A stretch of DNA of 64,000 nt from Alloascoidea hylecoeti (lineage: Eukaryota). The notes under the pieces were generated by a model. The model searched no databases. It was not told where the DNA came from and saw only the letters and a program-made list of their open reading frames with translations. Numbering within the stretch: the stretch's first letter is position 1; every line of letters starts with the position of its first letter. The stretch is from positions 557,727-621,726 of the forward strand of contig BCKZ01000005.1 of NCBI GenBank assembly GCA_001600815.1, in the 5' to 3' direction. Shown here one piece after another: positions 1-12,288 of the stretch. The translations under genes and the position numbers were made by a program.

Positions 1-74
1 TGGGCTTTAAATAGAGCTATCTATCACTTTAAGTATTAAAATCACGTTCCTTAACCTGTCTAAGTATAAGGAGA

Positions 75-490
75 TAATAGCCAATATTCCTTATCCTGTG
101 ATAACTTGTTTTAGTCGCTTTGGCATGGATGTGATGGGTTGATTGATCCACCTGATTCCATAATAATTTTGGTGATACTTCTAAGAGACGATTTTTGACC
201 TTTCGTGATACCACCTTTAATTGTGCTAAGCTTTGGGTGCTTGTTTCCTGGATCAATTCTGAACTTGAACAATATAATTTTCAATGTTTTTTAAGTATGG
301 ACAGTTCGCAGGCCAATATGACTGTTCCATTTGATCTTCCTCCTGATTTATTTTTATTTATAGGCTGGGGCATTATCCTGTTGAAAAATATCACCTTCAA
401 AGACTTTAATAAAGGGTATTGCCACTCGTTGTAATACTTCTTTGATATACGTATAAGGTCTTACACCTCAGAATTAATGTTTCCTGAAGT
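75..490 (-). mobile_element. Degenerate Tc1/mariner transposase, catalytic-domain C-terminal half (relic)
   Basis: Minus-strand manual translation across frameshifts and stops gives GNINSEV..YIKEVLQRVAIPFIKVFEGDIFQQDNAPAYK (QDN at ~380-372), then YWPANCPYLKNIENY (~320-275), then SMPKRLKQVI (~129-100). These match the Tc1 motifs FQQDNAPxH, WPxxSPDLNPIEN and SMPxRLxxVI in the correct order. Confidence 0.8.
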
Positions 491-1296
491 ATCTCTATAC
501 CAATCGAATATCGTGTTCAGACTGTTTTGTAGTTCTCTAATATATCTTAGTAGTTATGTTAGTATCTATTTTTCTAAACTCTATAGCAAATGTTATATTT
601 TATGTTTTATCCTAATTGGGAGACGGCCGTCCACTTTTTTAATTGATTTGCATAATCGTATAATCATGAAACCCTGTGAGAAGATTGTTTCGGCTTTACA
701 CTAGTTGGATTGCTATACGCTAAAAAACCAGTTTCAGCATAGGTATGACCTGCTACCGACCAAATAAACGAGATATTGCTTTAGCTTTATAATAGTCAGC
801 CGAACGATTTATTTTTCGAATTGTTAGAAATCATTAAGGTTTTGATGAGATATTCTCAAATAAAATTTATCAAGAAGTTGATATATAAGATACCGCCGTT
901 ACCATCTGTACACATGTAGCTATATTTTTGAGTTATCCGATTATTTAATCTGAATATCTAATTGAAATAGAAGAAATTCCAATCATAGTGAATAAATATG
1001 GTATATCAATATTGCAATGTACGTATATATATGTGTATGATTGCTGTTCTACCATATGACAGTTTTGGTGTTGTGCACCTCTACATACTATTTTAGGTAA
1101 CTATCAAAAAAAAAAAAAAAAAAAAATTGGAAAATTTGAAAGATACTTGCTCTATCCACTTAAAGATAATAATTATATAAACCCCCAATCTCTGTGAATT
1201 TTTTATTATTATTCCTTATCTTTTCAACTAAAATCAGTAAAGAACAATTTCGAATTGCAAATATTTATTTCATTGATAATAATACTACAATTTAAT

Positions 1297-2481
1297 ATGT
1301 TATTTAAATTATTAACTGCTGCTTTTTATGCAGCCACTACTTTGTGCCTTGGTGTTCAAGCAGCCGAGTCTGTAGCTGATCATGATCGTGGTGAAGAGTT
1401 CTTTACCATTTCCAATTTACCAAAGAATGAAACAAGAGAAACTTTAATGCATGAGCTCAACTACTTTGCAAAAGTCAACAGTCAAGCGTATTGCCTTTTC
1501 ACTGAAGATTGGTCTGATGATAGAGCTGGTTGTCCTCTCCGTTGTGATGATAATGACTTTAAAAACCTTGATTTATTTGATGTTTGGAGACCAGTTGAAA
1601 GATTATCAGCGGGTACTGTTACGTTGTTTTATCTTGATCATGCTAGAAAGGCAAAAATTATACTTTTTAGAGGATCTACAAGTATTAATGATTGGATTGT
1701 GGATTTTACTACATTGCCTGTTGGATATACACCAGTTGTAGTCAGAAATGGAGCTGTTAAAGAATCAGACGCATACGAAAATACTGCTGTTCATCTTGGA
1801 TTTTATGAAGCAATGAGACAGACCTGGGTTGGAGTTAATAAAACTTTTACGGCAATGGATGTGATTCATCCCGAGTACAAGACAATTGTCATCGGTCATT
1901 CTTTGGGAGGAGCAGTTGCACAGCTAGTTGGACTTGAATTCAGTTATCTTGGGTATAATCCTTCAGTAATCACATGGGGGTCACCAAGAGTCGGAGACGT
2001 CAAATTTGCTGAAATGTATGACAAAAGGTTCAATCCTCAAACCACTTATGAAAAACTACAAGAGGGTGAACTTACTGGCTCTATTAGACAAGTTCATAAC
2101 GAAGATGTCGTAACACTGGTTCCACCAGCACCTATATTCAAGCATGCTGGAGTGAGAATTTTTCTTGATAATGGGATAACTGTACCAAGTGAGGAAGATA
2201 TTGTCATTTGTAATCCTAACGGAGACTGTAGTGATTTTCCTACTATAAGCATCTCTGACCTTAGTTCGATTAAGGATACACTTAAATCCTTAATACCCAA
2301 TCGTGGACAGAATACTAATATTATGGAAACTATTATGAGCTCACATACATTTTACTATATTCACCAAATGGAATGTGTTTTCAGAAATGGAAACATTAAC
2401 TCGGTGCTTGATACCATCAAAGGATTACTTTCTACAATATTGGATGTTCCTTTTACTATTAGGGGTGAAGACGAAAGTTGA
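1297..2481 (+). CDS. Secreted triacylglycerol lipase, class 3 (alpha/beta hydrolase)
   Basis: First ATG is at 1297 (the ORF track starts at a TTG). Hydrophobic signal peptide MLFKLLTAAFYAATTLCLGVQA, FRGS lid/oxyanion motif, VHLGF, nucleophile elbow GHSLGG, WGSPRVG, HNEDVV (Asp) and a C-terminal catalytic His (SHTFYY). Confidence 0.9.
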   Translation: MLFKLLTAAFYAATTLCLGVQAAESVADHDRGEEFFTISNLPKNETRETLMHELNYFAKVNSQAYCLFTEDWSDDRAGCPLRCDDNDFKNLDLFDVWRPVERLSAGTVTLFYLDHARKAKIILFRGSTSINDWIVDFTTLPVGYTPVVVRNGAVKESDAYENTAVHLGFYEAMRQTWVGVNKTFTAMDVIHPEYKTIVIGHSLGGAVAQLVGLEFSYLGYNPSVITWGSPRVGDVKFAEMYDKRFNPQTTYEKLQEGELTGSIRQVHNEDVVTLVPPAPIFKHAGVRIFLDNGITVPSEEDIVICNPNGDCSDFPTISISDLSSIKDTLKSLIPNRGQNTNIMETIMSSHTFYYIHQMECVFRNGNINSVLDTIKGLLSTILDVPFTIRGEDES

Positions 2482-3232
2482 TAGATAAATTTAAAAGTAC
2501 ACAATATATAATTTGTATTATGTAACTATTTTAAATTTCTATTCATATTATTAGAATCACCCGTATAACAAATAGCTAACTATGTATAACATCAAATATA
2601 TATAATTATTTAATTGAAATCTAATCAAGTATTGTATACGTACAATTTTTCCTATTAATAGCGAAGCCTCTAGGAATTAATTAGCATTATTTCCACAAAT
2701 TAATTAGCTTTATCTTTGATAATTAATAGGTGGAAAGACTGTATAGTATATTGTCCTTATTTATAAGAGGATTTTCTCGATCGATATTACAAATTTAATG
2801 TTATCTTTGCTTATAATCACGTGTCATTATGTCAAGTGATCGGTCCGGCTACAGGACTTAAGCTTAGCCGGAACTCTACAATTTACAAAGAACAGACAAA
2901 ATGAAAAGGGACGAGAAGAGGTATCATTATGGTATGAAATGAAGTGATATGTTATTATAGAATGCTAGTATAAATATAGTTTGATTGTAAAAGCATGTAT
3001 GGGGGAACAGAACTAGAACCAATTATACAATAATATTTATATGGGGAAGAGTTGCGCAGTAGTTTCTTATGTGCAGAGTTTAATCCCTTCACTATGACTT
3101 AAATAATAATTAAGCTAATCTTCTATAAAAATATCTCACCCATTGGGTTTTTTCTTCCTCAATTTCTTATTCAACTAGATATCCGATAGCTAATTATTTT
3201 CCCTTAGCACCTTTTGCTTTTATTAAGTGTCT

Positions 3233-4847
3233 ATGATCATGGGTGAAGATAGTAAAATCGATGTTGATGAGCAAGAGCTTGAAATATCATTATCAAAATC
3301 AAGTTTCGGAACATCATCACCAATAGCAACTGTATGTATTTTAACCAGTAAGCTCAGTATAAGCTCGGCTCTTAGATCTTGTTCTCTTATACAGCATTAT
3401 TAACTCTTTATTTATTTGTATGATATAGAATTTTAAAGAACCTTTTCATTATCCGGAAAACTCAGACTCTTCTTCGGATTTAGATGCAGATTATGATCTA
3501 ACCGGTACCTCACGACTTCTTGGTCATGCTAGATCAAGTGACCCAAAAATCTCTTCCTCTTCGCAGCGGAATAATCTCTTACCAGAAGAGCTCGATGCAT
3601 CGTCCCAGGGAACCGCTGATCATATCCCGTTTCCGGTACAAACATTTAAAGAACCCTCCAGGATTAACGCTTGGGTAATCCGGACATTATCACATCATAC
3701 CCCCGAATCATTAAAAAACTTTTATTTCAAATATGTTGATACAAACCTTGGGCTTTTTTTCATCTTATTATCTCAATTTTTTAATGTTGTGATGGGCACA
3801 ACATGCAAAGTCCTCGAGGAAGATCCAAATTTTGATAAACCATTACATCCTTTACAAATTTTATTTGCGAGACAATCGATAACTTACACGGCATGTTTTT
3901 TGTTCATGTTTTTTACTAAAGTGCCTGATTTCATACTGGGTCCAAAAGGAATAAGGAAGTTGCTGATTGTTCGTGGCTTCACAGGTTTTTTTGGAGTTTT
4001 TGGAATGTACTATTCATTACAATATTTAATTGTAACAGATGCAGTAACAATTGGTTTATTGATTCCAGTATGGGCATCAGTATTCTGCTTTTTCATATTA
4101 AGAGAAAGATTCACTTTCATTGAGGCTATTGGCTCATTAACTGCAATTTCAGGTGTAATCTTGATTGCAAGGCCTACATTTTTATTTGGTTCATATGGTC
4201 ATGATAGTAAATCAGGAGTATCAGATACAGATAGAGTGATTGGTACCACAGTTGGGTTTTTAGGAGCTATTGGTGGTGGCATGGCATTAGCAACAATTCG
4301 TGTAATTGGTAAGCGTGCCCATCCGTTAATATCAGTTTCATATTTTTCATTATGGTGCGTTATTGTATCAACAATTGGTTTATTAATTATACCACACTTA
4401 CAATTTGTTATGCCAAGAACAACAAAGCAATGGGTTTTATTATGTTTAATTGGATTTTCGGGGTTTACAATGCAATTTTTATTAACTGCCGGTTTACAAA
4501 GAGAAAGACCAAGTCGTGTAACGCCTATTTACTACACACAAATTGTCTTTGCAACGATGTTTGATTTAACTATTTGGCATAAATTACCAAGTTGGTTAAG
4601 TTGGACAGGAATTTTGATTATTGTTTTTAGCACAGCACTTGTCACATATTTTAAGCCAAAGGATGAATCGAAATTGACCGCTTATAGGCAGGGAACAGAA
4701 TTACAGAATAATGATTTAGAGAGAAATAATAGTAGTGTTAATACATTTGATGATGATATTATTAGCGATAATGAATTTGATATCGATGATCCAGATAATG
4801 AAAGCTTTGGAAATATAAGATTAGAATCAACGCCTATAAGCAATTAA
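3233..4847 (+). CDS. EamA/DMT-family membrane transporter (YMR253C/YPL264C-like); 2 exons 3233-3331, 3429-4847
   Basis: ATG at 3233 (or 3239), GTATGT donor at 3332, TATTAAC branch-like site, TAG acceptor at 3426-3428. Splicing joins in frame with the 3789-4847 ORF. About 10 TM segments with LIVRGFTGFFGVFGMYYSL, LIARPTFLFG and IRVIGKRAHPLISVSYF. Confidence 0.85.
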
Positions 4848-6110
4848 GAAGCAATTAACGAATATGATTATAAAGGATTGTCATTATTTGAAATCTCCAG
4901 CTGGTAGTTTCAAAGATGAATTCGGAACCAATAAACAATTTAAGGAATTAATTGGCTACAATGTATTAATCTAAAAGCAATCAATATATGATACAATTTC
5001 AAAAGATAGTTATGTAACAAGTATTATTATTATATATTATGACTTATAGCTAATGATATTAAATATCTTAGTATAACTATAGATATACATTCTCTCGTTC
5101 AATCATATGTAAATTCATAATTTGGTTTTCAGATATTTTAATATTTAAATTGACCTATAACTGAAGCTATATCTATCTTGGACCAATTCTAATTGCAATA
5201 AGTATTCTTTATTATATTATAGAGGCAGAGGTCGAGGGAGAAATATTGTGAACAACATCGGATACCAAAACAGTACCACCTCTTAAGCCTAGATACCGAT
5301 TCAATTATCTGTACATGCATAAAAAGAGGTTTTCTCATTTTTTATAAACTTGGAAAATCTTTGTGTAGAGCCGAAGTTGAAAAAAATAAACCTAGGCCTC
5401 TATCTATCTGCCATAGCGCTATATCCTTTCTTTCTTTAAAAACCCATTGAATTGAAATCTCTTAGCCAATATTATATCTGATGGTAAAAACTAACCCTCA
5501 AAAGTAATCCTTGTAGGAAATTATTGCAATTTTCTAATATCATACAATATTGATAAGCCTAGTTTTAAAGAAGTTAAATATAATATCATACACACATGAT
5601 TGAGAATGATTATAAGGAACTGCCATCTGAGTTTCTAGTTGTTCTATAAGGCTTACGTCACCTCACCCGCAGCCTGGTCGGAGGACAATATGGATAGATC
5701 ATTGAAACTCCCAAAGACCCCAACTGTTTTTAGAAGCAAATGTGATGTTGAAAACGGTTTAGATGCAAAATATAAAGACACCAAACCGCGAAAAAATCAA
5801 AATCAGAGTTAGAGATCTAGAAGCTTATAATCAAGTGTCTAAAATAATTTCTATTAATATTTCCTAGTGTCTATTCGTAGAGTATTAATATCTAAAGTTG
5901 GTTTAATTTACAATTGATGACTGGGGCATTTTTATATTTTCATTATAAGTAATAAATATTATAAACTTTAATCCTTTCTTTCTACTTATCATTATATATT
6001 ACACAATCAGTTTTAAATCTCTATTTTAATTTAAACTAAAACATCTCATAGAAAAGACAATTTGCTACATATAACTCCTATTCTTTTATATTTAATTATT
6101 ACCTTTACAA

Positions 6111-7316
6111 ATGAAATTTGAAACGCGCAAATATAGTTCCTATAAAGATTATAAACCTTATGATATAAGTGATGTTGATACCACTTATCCAATTTATGAT
6201 GTTACAAAAAACCAACAATTTAACCGCTTCGAACATGACAAACACAATGGTAATCAAGTTGATACACCATTATTCCAAGGTCATAAAGAAGTTATAGATT
6301 TAGACACATCGATGGTTAATATAAGTATTTATCCCATTAAACGGAAGAGTTCATTTTCAAGCTCTATCTCAGAAAAAGTAGAGGTTTTTGAATCCAATAT
6401 CCCTAGTTTATATCGTTATCACAATAACAATAACAATAACAATAACAATAACAATAACAATAACAATAACAATAACAGTAACAATAACAATAACAATAAC
6501 AATAACAATTCAAATAATAATCAGAAGGTTAACCACAAAAACCAAAAAATTAGGAATCACAAAAGAAGGAAATACAATTCAAATAATAATGGCGCTCAGT
6601 CTGAAACTATTTTAGAAGAAGCCAATCTTGTATTGGTGGATGATTTGGATTTCGGGTATGGCACTGTTAATAAAAGCTGGATAACTAATATAACAGATCA
6701 ATGGGAAGCGGCTCATTATAGATTCCATAATGAATCTATGAATGATATGGAATTAATGAATTATTATTATTTTTCTAAAATGAACGAAAATCATTTAAAT
6801 CAATTGAAAAATTTATATATTATTAAAAAGCAACTAATAAAATATATAATTCATTCTTATTGTTTTGCTTATCTTGATTTTGATTATACTTGGTATTCCA
6901 GTAAAAAATATAATCCAGAACAAATTGCAGATAGAATGTTAATGTTTTTCAATTCAACTGATTATAAATATGCTCATAAATGGTTTTCAATCGAAGCTGG
7001 ACATTTAAGTGATGTGGAATGTGAAGTCAATCCTTTGGATTTTACCAGTATTAAAGACATTGATGGTAATAATTTAAATTTTTCAGCTGGATATAGTGGT
7101 ATAGATGGAAATATGAATATTAATGAAGATCTGGTAGAACGATTTATAATTCAAAAATGTTTTTCGGATATACATTCTGATGAGTATAAAACTAAAATAA
7201 AAGCATGTTTGGTGAAATGGGCTTTTAAACAATATGAAGTGAATACTGAAAAATCTGATTTGATGGGATTAATTGATTATATTCTGGGAAGCTTTGAATA
7301 TCAAAAATATAAATAA
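6111..7316 (+). CDS. Hypothetical protein with poly-Asn tract
   Basis: Uninterrupted 401-codon ATG ORF in AT-rich DNA. It has a ~30-residue Asn run, a basic NLS-like stretch (RNHKRRK) and an aromatic-rich C-terminal half. No family recognised. Confidence 0.65.
   Translation: MKFETRKYSSYKDYKPYDISDVDTTYPIYDVTKNQQFNRFEHDKHNGNQVDTPLFQGHKEVIDLDTSMVNISIYPIKRKSSFSSSISEKVEVFESNIPSLYRYHNNNNNNNNNNNNNNNNNNSNNNNNNNNNNSNNNQKVNHKNQKIRNHKRRKYNSNNNGAQSETILEEANLVLVDDLDFGYGTVNKSWITNITDQWEAAHYRFHNESMNDMELMNYYYFSKMNENHLNQLKNLYIIKKQLIKYIIHSYCFAYLDFDYTWYSSKKYNPEQIADRMLMFFNSTDYKYAHKWFSIEAGHLSDVECEVNPLDFTSIKDIDGNNLNFSAGYSGIDGNMNINEDLVERFIIQKCFSDIHSDEYKTKIKACLVKWAFKQYEVNTEKSDLMGLIDYILGSFEYQKYK
6421..6520 (+). repeat. 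(AACAAT)n coding microsatellite encoding poly-Asn
   Basis: About 15 near-perfect copies of ACAATA are directly visible. Confidence 0.95.
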
Positions 7317-7413
7317 TATGCATTAGCTAGAAAATTATATAATTAAAGACGCGTCTCAACAACACACCTTTTTCACTTCCAAACCCTTTTTTATCCAATC
7401 ACACATTTCCTCT

Positions 7414-8251
7414 ATGAATGCATCATACTCAAACATCAAAACTTTCATTGATTCCCAGGTTAAAATTTTATCTGAAATTTTAGTAATAGATGAAAATATT
7501 CGCGACATTCTAAATCATCAGGATGATGAATCTTCAATAACTGAAGAAAAACTACAACAGGTATTAAATAAATGTAAGCTATAAAATCTTATACTTTTCT
7601 TCATCATTATCCAACATTATTGTTCTAATATATTTGGATTTACTTCTAGTGAATACACAAATCCGTAAACATCATCGTCGTCAATTTACAAAACAAGCGA
7701 TTCATCAAATATCATCACAATTAATTACTCTTCAAACACAAAAGTTAATAGATGGTGAATTTCAATTGAACAGAGCAACCGAGATTCTCTTACCAATTTC
7801 AACTCCAGATTTTGATTTAGAAAATCTTGATGATATATTAGAACATATTCCAGAATTACCAGAAGTTAAATATTTGAAATTTGATACAAATAATGAAGAT
7901 GATCATAAACAATTGGAAAAATATAAAAATTCTAGGAATAAATTATTAGAAGCAAGAAGAAAATTCATAGAAGCAAGGGAAAGAAAAGAAACTTATGAAG
8001 AATTACATTCAATGGTTTCACAATATCTTTCTAATCCAAAGGAAAATATACAAAAAAATCTTTTAACTTCTTCAAGTGATATTTTTAATGAAATTGTAAG
8101 ATTAAGGATTTTAATTGCTAGAGTTATGGCTAAATTAAATACACAAAAAGGGGAAAATTATATAAATGAGATCAATGAAGATGATAATGAAAATACACAA
8201 TCCAATTCTGAAGACGAGATATCTTTGGAGAAATTAAATGGTTGGGAATAA
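7414..8251 (+). CDS. Kinetochore Sim4/Ctf19-complex subunit, Fta4/Nkp1-like; 2 exons 7414-7573, 7650-8251
   Basis: ATG at 7414, GTAAGC donor at 7574, TTCTAAT branch, TAG at 7647-7649. The spliced protein has KTFIDSQVKILS, VLNKLNTQIRKHHRRQFTKQAIHQI and NIQKNLL...EIVRLRILIARV, resembling the conserved blocks of fungal Fta4. Confidence 0.7.
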
Positions 8252-8354
8252 GAGTTAAATTAACCATTCAATTCACAATTGTCAAAATTATCAAAAACAC
8301 AAAATTTATAAAGAATGGTGCGCGGTTGTAGATACACTAATTTCGAAATCCATT

Positions 8355-10170
8355 TCTCCACATTCTCTTTTCTTCCTTCCAATGATAATTCTCAACAAAA
8401 ACTACAGCTACTAAATTATTTCAAGATATAACTATATGATGAGTGCGGTGTTCGTTTTTTTAACAAAACTTAGAGTGTAAACTAAGATATGGTAGTCTTT
8501 CAAATGAATATCTTCAAAGAATGATCGAATATATCTTTACACAACTCCCAGAAAGGCTATCACTTCCCTTATTAAAATCCTTTTTGCTCGTGCTCAATTA
8601 TGGTTCCACAGATATTAAAGAACATTTTGATGCTTATTTGACTGGTAACTACCGGAAAACTATAAATTTTTTCTTAAAATTCGATATGCGGTTTCTTTAT
8701 TATTATGAAGGTCTGATAAGACAAACAGTTAAAGAAGTACATAGGGAGGGTTTCATTCCCATCTACTCAGCATTTGAATTAAGAAAACTAAGAGATCACC
8801 CAACGGGTCATTTCAAATAGAAGATCTTTATCTCAAACTAATCAGTGCTGTTACTTTTCGTGGTAGATTCTTAAGTGTCCTAGCTAAGAAGATGTTGTTT
8901 TGGATCTTGATTCCGATATTAGGATCACAATTACAATCAACCACCAAATCAATATTTATTATGTGGTGTGATAATCTATTAAGAATAAATAGGGAAAAAA
9001 CAACAGAACTAATTGATTTGGAATTTGAAAATTTACTTAATAGAAATTCGATTGATTGTCTAATTATGGCTTTGTTCCTTTAAAAAACTAGGCTCAGCAG
9101 TTAAGAGTAGGCTTAAAGAATCGGTGGAAGATAAAATGATAGCTTGTTTAACTTCTTTGTCGACTTGCAATTGTGAAACATTTGGAAATATCATTTTCAA
9201 GAAGTATTTTTTACAAAACAAAAATAATTCCATATAATAAGTTTATCAAAATTAAGTTGGAATAAATTAAAAGTTCTAGCAGAAACTCCATGGGTAAATG
9301 ACAAAGATTGTGAGCATATAATTTCAACAAATTACAAAAAATAAAGGATATTAGAATCCAATTGCAATTGAATTTTGAAAAAGTAAAAATGCGACCACTA
9401 TATACGGGACTACCGTAAATATATTTTACTATCAACGCTTGCGATAATGGTGAGAATTTGCAGTTTTAAACTGGAGAGTTTAATGAAATCAACCAAGAAA
9501 TGTATGGCTATCTATTATTTAATTATTTTTCTAGGGATTTTTGAAAAGTGTGATGGATTATTATTAGTCTCCCAAATTAAAACAATTCGCCCTCTATTAC
9601 ATTATATAATTCGCTGCTTAATTAATTTACTCGTCAGGCACATTATAATTCCTTCTGTGCTTTAATTCATTGATAAATATAAAGCTTTTGGTAATGAGTC
9701 TCCAATCTTTAAATCCGCATCATCTTCAGTATATACTAGTAATACTCATTTGTAATGGTTAGTACTACTGCTCCAAAGTATACGTAGACCATAGCAATTG
9801 CAAGTTAATCAAATTCTATCAAAACCAGGTAATTCCAGTGAGCAGAATTAAAGAATTTTTTGGCTATTCAATTCTAAAAATACCTATAAGTAATCATAAA
9901 TATTAAACAATGTTTGGAACACATTTTGTTGTTTTGGAAGTATAACTAACGAATTTTTTTGTGAAGTTAATATTGTAGATGAGAGCGAATTGTAAAAATC
10001 AGAGGGAAATGAATAATCAACTGATATTCCTCCACCATGCATTGCGAATTTCAGTTTTGATTATTGATCTAGAGGATGATGACGACTTGATATATTATTG
10101 AAGGGACAATAGAAGTTTATAAAAACGAAGGAATTATGCAGAAAAATTCTATTATTCGTTAGATAATTAA
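8355..10170 (+). pseudogene. Possible decayed coding region (F-box-like N-terminus)
   Basis: A chain of short same-strand ORF fragments (8521-8820, 8892-9083, 9447-9665). The 5' end reads SLFFLPMIILNKNYSY*...MSAV, loosely like an F-box start (LPxEILxxIxSYL). Weak. Confidence 0.3.
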
Positions 10171-10335
10171 TATTAAATACGTTTTGTAATTACAATTATA
10201 CAATTGTACTACAGGGACTTTTTATTTACATCAAAAAATATAATATTAGAACATAATTACACACTAAAATTACACATTTTAAAACGTATATTATTGTAGA
10301 ATTATGGTGAATCATGAAGAACAAGATTTTGTTGT

Positions 10336-10809
10336 TTAATCAAATAATCCGAATCCCATATCATCATCAGATTCTTCAGCTTCAGATTCGGCCTTTTCTT
10401 CTTCAGCTTCTTCAGCAGCCGCACCTCCAGCAGCTGCACCTGCACCAGAAGAAGCAGAAGCAGATCCACCAGATGGTAAACCAGATGCCAATTTAGCAGA
10501 ACCTTCAGCAATTAATTCTTCAACGGTCTTACCCTCAAGATCCTTGAGGAGAGCTTCAACACGAGAATCTTCAGATTCAACACCAATAGTAGTGAGAACT
10601 TGTTTGATGTCTTTAGCAGATGGTTTTGCGTTTCCACCGTTGACGAGGAGAAGATAAGCTGCAAGGTATTTCACTAAAAACGGTGTATATGTTAGACATT
10701 ATTTCGAACAATAAAATATATCAAGCATGGCGATTGTTCGTATATTATGAAGCATGTAGCAACACATATTATAACTTCCAAAATTCTAGATAACGATTTT
10801 GAACATACT
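10336..10809 (-). CDS. RPP2: 60S acidic ribosomal protein P2; exon 1 contributes only the A of ATG (10809), intron 10808-10674, exon 2 10673-10336
   Basis: Protein [10 protein letters not shown]...[13 protein letters not shown] is diagnostic. There is no contiguous ATG: the minus strand reads AAAA|GTATGT ... TGTCTAAC ... TTTTAG|TG AAA TAC. Confidence 0.95.
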
Positions 10810-11117
10810 TTTTAGTTTTTAATTGTAAAGGTTTCGTATAAAATAATCGCTTTTAAGCCTTTCGACAGACTATTCTTTTATGATGATGATGAAGTTAATA
10901 TGGATTATTCAACTTTGAAAAGTAAAACCCTTCTAAGGGAGTTCCAAATCCGTAAATGCAAGTCACAGTGTGCCCGAAATAGCCCTAAGTTAATATACAT
11001 AGTACAAGTCACTGTGCCTGTATATACGCCTATGTGTATATTTTGGAACTAAGTAAGTTCGACTGCACCTGACTCGCACCACGAATTTCGAAATTAAAAG
11101 ACACCAACAACATCAAT
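10810..11117. promoter_or_regulatory. Shared bidirectional ribosomal-protein promoter with two Homol-D-like boxes and a Tbf1-type site
   Basis: CAAGTCACAGTGTGCC (10959-10974) and CAAGTCACTGTGCC (11005-11018) flank CCCTAA (10983-10988), between the divergent RPP2 and RPS15 genes. Confidence 0.55.
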
Positions 11118-11886
11118 ATGTCTGAACGTATGTTATTAAATGATTTCATTTTATAGATTACCTGATTCTTAGATATGAGGAGGGTATATTCTGGGTTTGA
11201 ATGAGATTTTTCAAAAAGCTATAATTAGAAGGAGAATCACTGATAGTAAATTCAAAAAGTACAACTATTACGAATGATGAAATATTTCAGATAAAAGCAG
11301 TTGTTATTTTAGAGAAACATGATTTATACAAAAATTTGAGATACAGAATTTAATGTGGTTGAAGTGTGAAAAACAGATCAAAAAAAGATAATTGCATACC
11401 CTTCTCATATAGCTATAATCATAATGTTTGATAAGTCGGAATTTTAACTAACATGATGATTCAGAACGTCAACGAAGATCATTCAGAAAATTCTCCTACC
11501 GTGGAGTTGACCTCGATAAGTTATTAGACCTCTCAACAGAGGACTTCACCAAACTTGCTACTTCCCGTGTTAGAAGACGATTCAACAGAGGTTTAAAATC
11601 CAAACCATTTGGTCTTATTAAGAAACTTAGAGCTGCTAAAGAAGCCACTGAAGAAAATGAAAAACCAGCTATGGTTAAAACACATTTACGAAATATGGTT
11701 GTTGTTCCAGAAATGATTGGTTCTGTTATTGGTATTTACAATGGTAAAGTCTTCAATCAAGTTGAAATTAAACCTGAAATGGTTGGTCATTATCTTGGTG
11801 AATTCTCAATCACTTATACACCTGTTCGTCATGGACGTCCAGGTATTGGTGCTTCTGCTTCATCTAAATTTGTTTCTCTTAAATAA
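11118..11886 (+). CDS. RPS15: 40S ribosomal protein S15 (uS19); exons 11118-11127, 11465-11886
   Basis: ATG TCT GAA C|GTATGT at 11128, AACTAAC branch, CAG at 11462-11464. Spliced protein reads [24 protein letters not shown]...[17 protein letters not shown]...[18 protein letters not shown]. Confidence 0.97.
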
Positions 11887-12288
11887 GCATCTGTAATTAA
11901 GTTAATATTGGATAACATTTCTTTATGATTGAAGATAATAAATGTATTATTATTTATTAGTATTTGTAACGACAAATCATTCAGTATCATTATAAATATT
12001 ATTCTCTTTCTCTATATTATATTATGATTTGATTAAGGTAGTTCATTATCTTACATTAAGTTTCTATATCTAATAATGTATATTACCTGCTTTAATGAGA
12101 TTTCCTCCGATTTTTCTATCATAATTGGCACACAATAAAACATTTTTCTGATGGTAATAGTTAGTAATCTTAGTCTAGTTATAAAGTGATTCGTCAATTG
12201 ACCATTGACATAAATCAATGATAAAAGATATTGTTATCATCTATCCTAAAATAACTTCATTTAAAATTTGGATCATAATATCGAAAGA

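Noticed and set aside
6388..6615. ORF with an (IT)n repeat
   Set aside because: Alternative frame of the AACAAT microsatellite inside the 6111-7316 gene.
11128..11464. Box C/D snoRNA in the long RPS15 intron (ATGATGA near 11274)
   Set aside because: No convincing downstream CTGA D box with a terminal stem or recognisable rRNA guide.
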